A stretch of DNA of 49,814 bases from a bacterium. GTDB lineage: Bacteria; Hinthialibacterota; Hinthialibacteria; Hinthialibacterales; Hinthialibacteraceae. The position numbers and the translations under genes were made by a program. Below, piece after piece: positions 47,645-49,814 of the stretch. The stretch spans positions 1 through 49,814 of the forward strand of contig CAXXSM010000044.1 in assembly GCA_963663405.2 (NCBI GenBank). The letters run 5' to 3'. The notes beneath the pieces were generated by a model. It did no database searches. It saw only the letters and a list, made by a program, of their open reading frames with translations, and was not told where the DNA came from. The number at the start of each line of letters is the position of its first letter. The first letter of the stretch is position 1.

Positions 47645-48580
47645 GATTCATCATCGCCGGGCATTAGCGGATCGTCGTCATCAAAGAAAAAATCGGACAA
47701 TCCCATTTCGGGGTATTGACCGTTCGCGGTGCGGTGGCGTTTCTCGGCGAGTTGTTCCAGATCCTCCGCTTCTTCTCCAAGAACAGCCAGCATCGCTTCC
47801 GACCAGGCCCGGTCCCGTGAGAGGGGGTGCGCAGGATTGCCGCGCATCCGTTTGATCGCGTAGCGGATGATGTTAATCCCATCCCGTGTCGAAAAGTCCA
47901 ATTCCAACTCGCGCGCTTCATGGAGAAAATCTACCGTCATGGCCAAAATTTCATCCTCCGCGAAGGGCAGGTGATAGCGGAGAATCTCCATCTCATCTTT
48001 ATGAGATGGAAAGGGGACGCGGATCGTAGGCTGGAGGCGGGATTGGATATAATCGGGCACCTCAAATGTGGATTCGTCCTCATTCATGGTGACACAGGCG
48101 CGAAATCCGGGATGCGCGTGGATCGTAATTCCGGCGATGATGGATTCGACATAGCGGCGCATATCGAGCAACGGGGCGATCGAAGCCCAGCTTTTTTCAT
48201 TCATCCGGTTGCCTTCATCCAAGATGCAGACGCTTCCTGTGATCATAGCGGTAACCAAGGGCGAAGCGTGATACGCGATTTTTCCGGATTCGGCCAGGAC
48301 GGGTGTGACGAGTAAATCTTCCGGACGTGTGTCGGCGGTGCATTGAAAGATATATAAATCTTGTTTGCGCGTTTTCGACGCCGCCATTCCCAATGCGGTT
48401 TTTCCTACACCCGGTGGGCCGACCAGTTTGGGCGAGAGGGGGAGATCCTTCTCGTCCACCATCAGCCAGCAGGCGAGTAATTGTCCAAGCGTCCTCCCGC
48501 TGCCCGATCCATTCATTTTCTGTTCGATCCGGCTGCGCGAGATGCAGTGTGATTCCTTCTATGGTTTGTGTTTCACTCAT
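47641..48580 (-). CDS. MoxR family AAA+ ATPase (apparent +1 frameshift near 48495)
   Basis: Walker A GPPGVGKT, Walker B ILDEGNR, sensor TMN, SRL arginine finger, FSTRD; the N-terminus MSETQTIEG lies in the adjacent frame. Confidence 0.9.
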
Positions 48581-48696
48581 TAATTCGCATGACCTTAATT
48601 CTGGATTCTTTATCAGCTAAGGAATGTAACATCGAAATGGTTTTCGTAAAGGATACCAGCATCGAAAACGTTGCGCGGTGGGGATTATATGCGTGC

Positions 48697-49814
48697 TTAA
48701 TTGGAAGCGGACCGCGAAATGGCTAACGCATGGGCGGCCATGAGGAACGCGCCGGTCCCCCAAGTCTCCGTTTCACGTTTTACTTTCTGGTAGGTGTCGA
48801 AACCCGATGGACCAGTCCCGGCGGAGACGCCAATAACCCGTCCCGATTCATCAACTTGAGACGTCAATCCATTCCAGGCGTTTAGGATCGTCTCCAAATC
48901 AATGGAAGGGAGAACACCCAGCCGGCGTCCTTCAAGCAGGCTATAAAGAATCATTGCGCTGGCGGACGTCTCAAGATAGGAATCTTCCCGGTTCAGAACT
49001 GTGCGCCACAAGCCTGTCTCTTGATCCTGCAATGATACCACCGACTTCATTTGTCTCTGAAACGCGCTCGTGAGATGACCGTACGCCGGGGACTGTGGAT
49101 CGAGATGTTTCAAGACTTCAATATACGACATCGCGACCCAGCCGTTTCCGCGGCCCCAGTATTCTTCCGTGCGGGTTTCTTTCGCGTCGTCATACATATG
49201 ATAGAACAGTCCTGTTTTCTCGTCTTGTAAATGACTGGCGAAAACCATTAGTTGCTTATAGGCTTCACCGATCATTTCGGGTTTGAGTTCATGTTCTCCC
49301 AACACGGCGAGCGGTGGGCAGGCCATGAAGAGCGTATCCACCCAGAGTTGCTGATTCCCGCGCCAGTGATCCAAGCCACCATCCCGTGTGCGCGTCGCTT
49401 CTGTGCGGATATAATCCACGACCTGTTTGCAGAGGATTAAGTGGGCTGGATTGTTGGTTTGTTTATATAGAAGCAATGAGGGAAATCCCGGCCCCCAATG
49501 GCCACAGTATCCCCGTTGAGAGAGAAGCGGGAGAATCCCTTCCTGTTTCCAATGATCCGCCCAGACGCGGACGAAATCAAGATAGCGTGAATCTTGTGTC
49601 GATTCGTACGCGTACATCATTCCAGTCATCAACACACCTTCTCCCCAGTTGAATGGCGGGGGTGAGGGGAAATCGATCAACACCCGGTCAGCGGCTTTCC
49701 GGAGAATGGGGATAGGATCCACATCGAGTGTCAACGGTTTTTGTTCCGTTGTCGCGCAGTTGGTCAGCGCTAAGATTGCGCAGAATAATGAGAAGAGATA
49801 CGCTTTCGATTTTA
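48697..49814 (-). CDS. GH105/GH88 family unsaturated uronyl hydrolase, probable lipoprotein; start lies just beyond the window edge
   Basis: WGEGV, LWVDTLFM, TGLFYH, WGRGNGW, ETSASAM and GAFLMA. The frame stays open to the window end as KSKAYLFSLFCAILALTNC (lipobox-like). Confidence 0.9.
   Translation of the reverse strand, partial: KSKAYLFSLFCAILALTNCATTEQKPLTLDVDPIPILRKAADRVLIDFPSPPPFNWGEGVLMTGMMYAYESTQDSRYLDFVRVWADHWKQEGILPLLSQRGYCGHWGPGFPSLLLYKQTNNPAHLILCKQVVDYIRTEATRTRDGGLDHWRGNQQLWVDTLFMACPPLAVLGEHELKPEMIGEAYKQLMVFASHLQDEKTGLFYHMYDDAKETRTEEYWGRGNGWVAMSYIEVLKHLDPQSPAYGHLTSAFQRQMKSVVSLQDQETGLWRTVLNREDSYLETSASAMILYSLLEGRRLGVLPSIDLETILNAWNGLTSQVDESGRVIGVSAGTGPSGFDTYQKVKRETETWGTGAFLMAAHALAISRSASN

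Noticed and set aside
154-49652. Numerous 60-200 aa antisense or alternate-frame ORFs in the ORF track
   Set aside because: They overlap well-supported genes and show no RBS or motifs. The only exceptions are the frameshift continuations listed under features.

Overview
Bacterial chromosomal segment. No rRNA, tRNA, CRISPR array, transposase or prophage gene was recognised. The left half (1-26 kb) is a carbohydrate-utilisation region: a sugar porter, Tat-exported Gfo/Idh/MocA oxidoreductases and a TIM-barrel isomerase, GH53, GH2, GH33-like, GH127, GH106, a beta-helix enzyme, an unassigned GH-like protein and a GH26 remnant, interspersed with secreted proteins of unknown function. Next come a prepilin-like gene, a seven-gene SLC13 transporter/CBS/phosphorelay cassette and an LRR protein. 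The right end holds mostly housekeeping genes: glycosyltransferase, alpha/beta hydrolase-murF-ddl, GNAT, purQ, ROK kinase, site-2 protease, an FGE-domain lipoprotein, a MoxR ATPase with its partner, and GH105. About twenty frameshifts can each be repaired by deleting one base from a short run, including in purQ and ddl, which points to long-read consensus errors rather than real pseudogenes. The most notable signal is that four unrelated Sec-signal proteins (ThuA/GATase-like, ConA-like, choice-of-anchor-X-like, LRR) all end in the same short motif, [STV]-x-[VAT]-x-[NHG]-W-x-L-[YFH]-x(0-1)-COOH, a candidate uncharacterised C-terminal sorting/secretion signal. That motif and the prepilin family with a 'GPD...YNPSNGLTSRGDI' tail suggest an OLB16/Hinthialibacterota- or Sumerlaeota-like organism; this is an inference from recollection and was not checked by search. 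Other candidates are a ~65-nt three-hairpin sRNA or attenuator, a dispersed interleaved inverted-repeat element, an output-less phosphorelay with a pseudokinase, and a MoxR partner with a degenerate VWA-like region.
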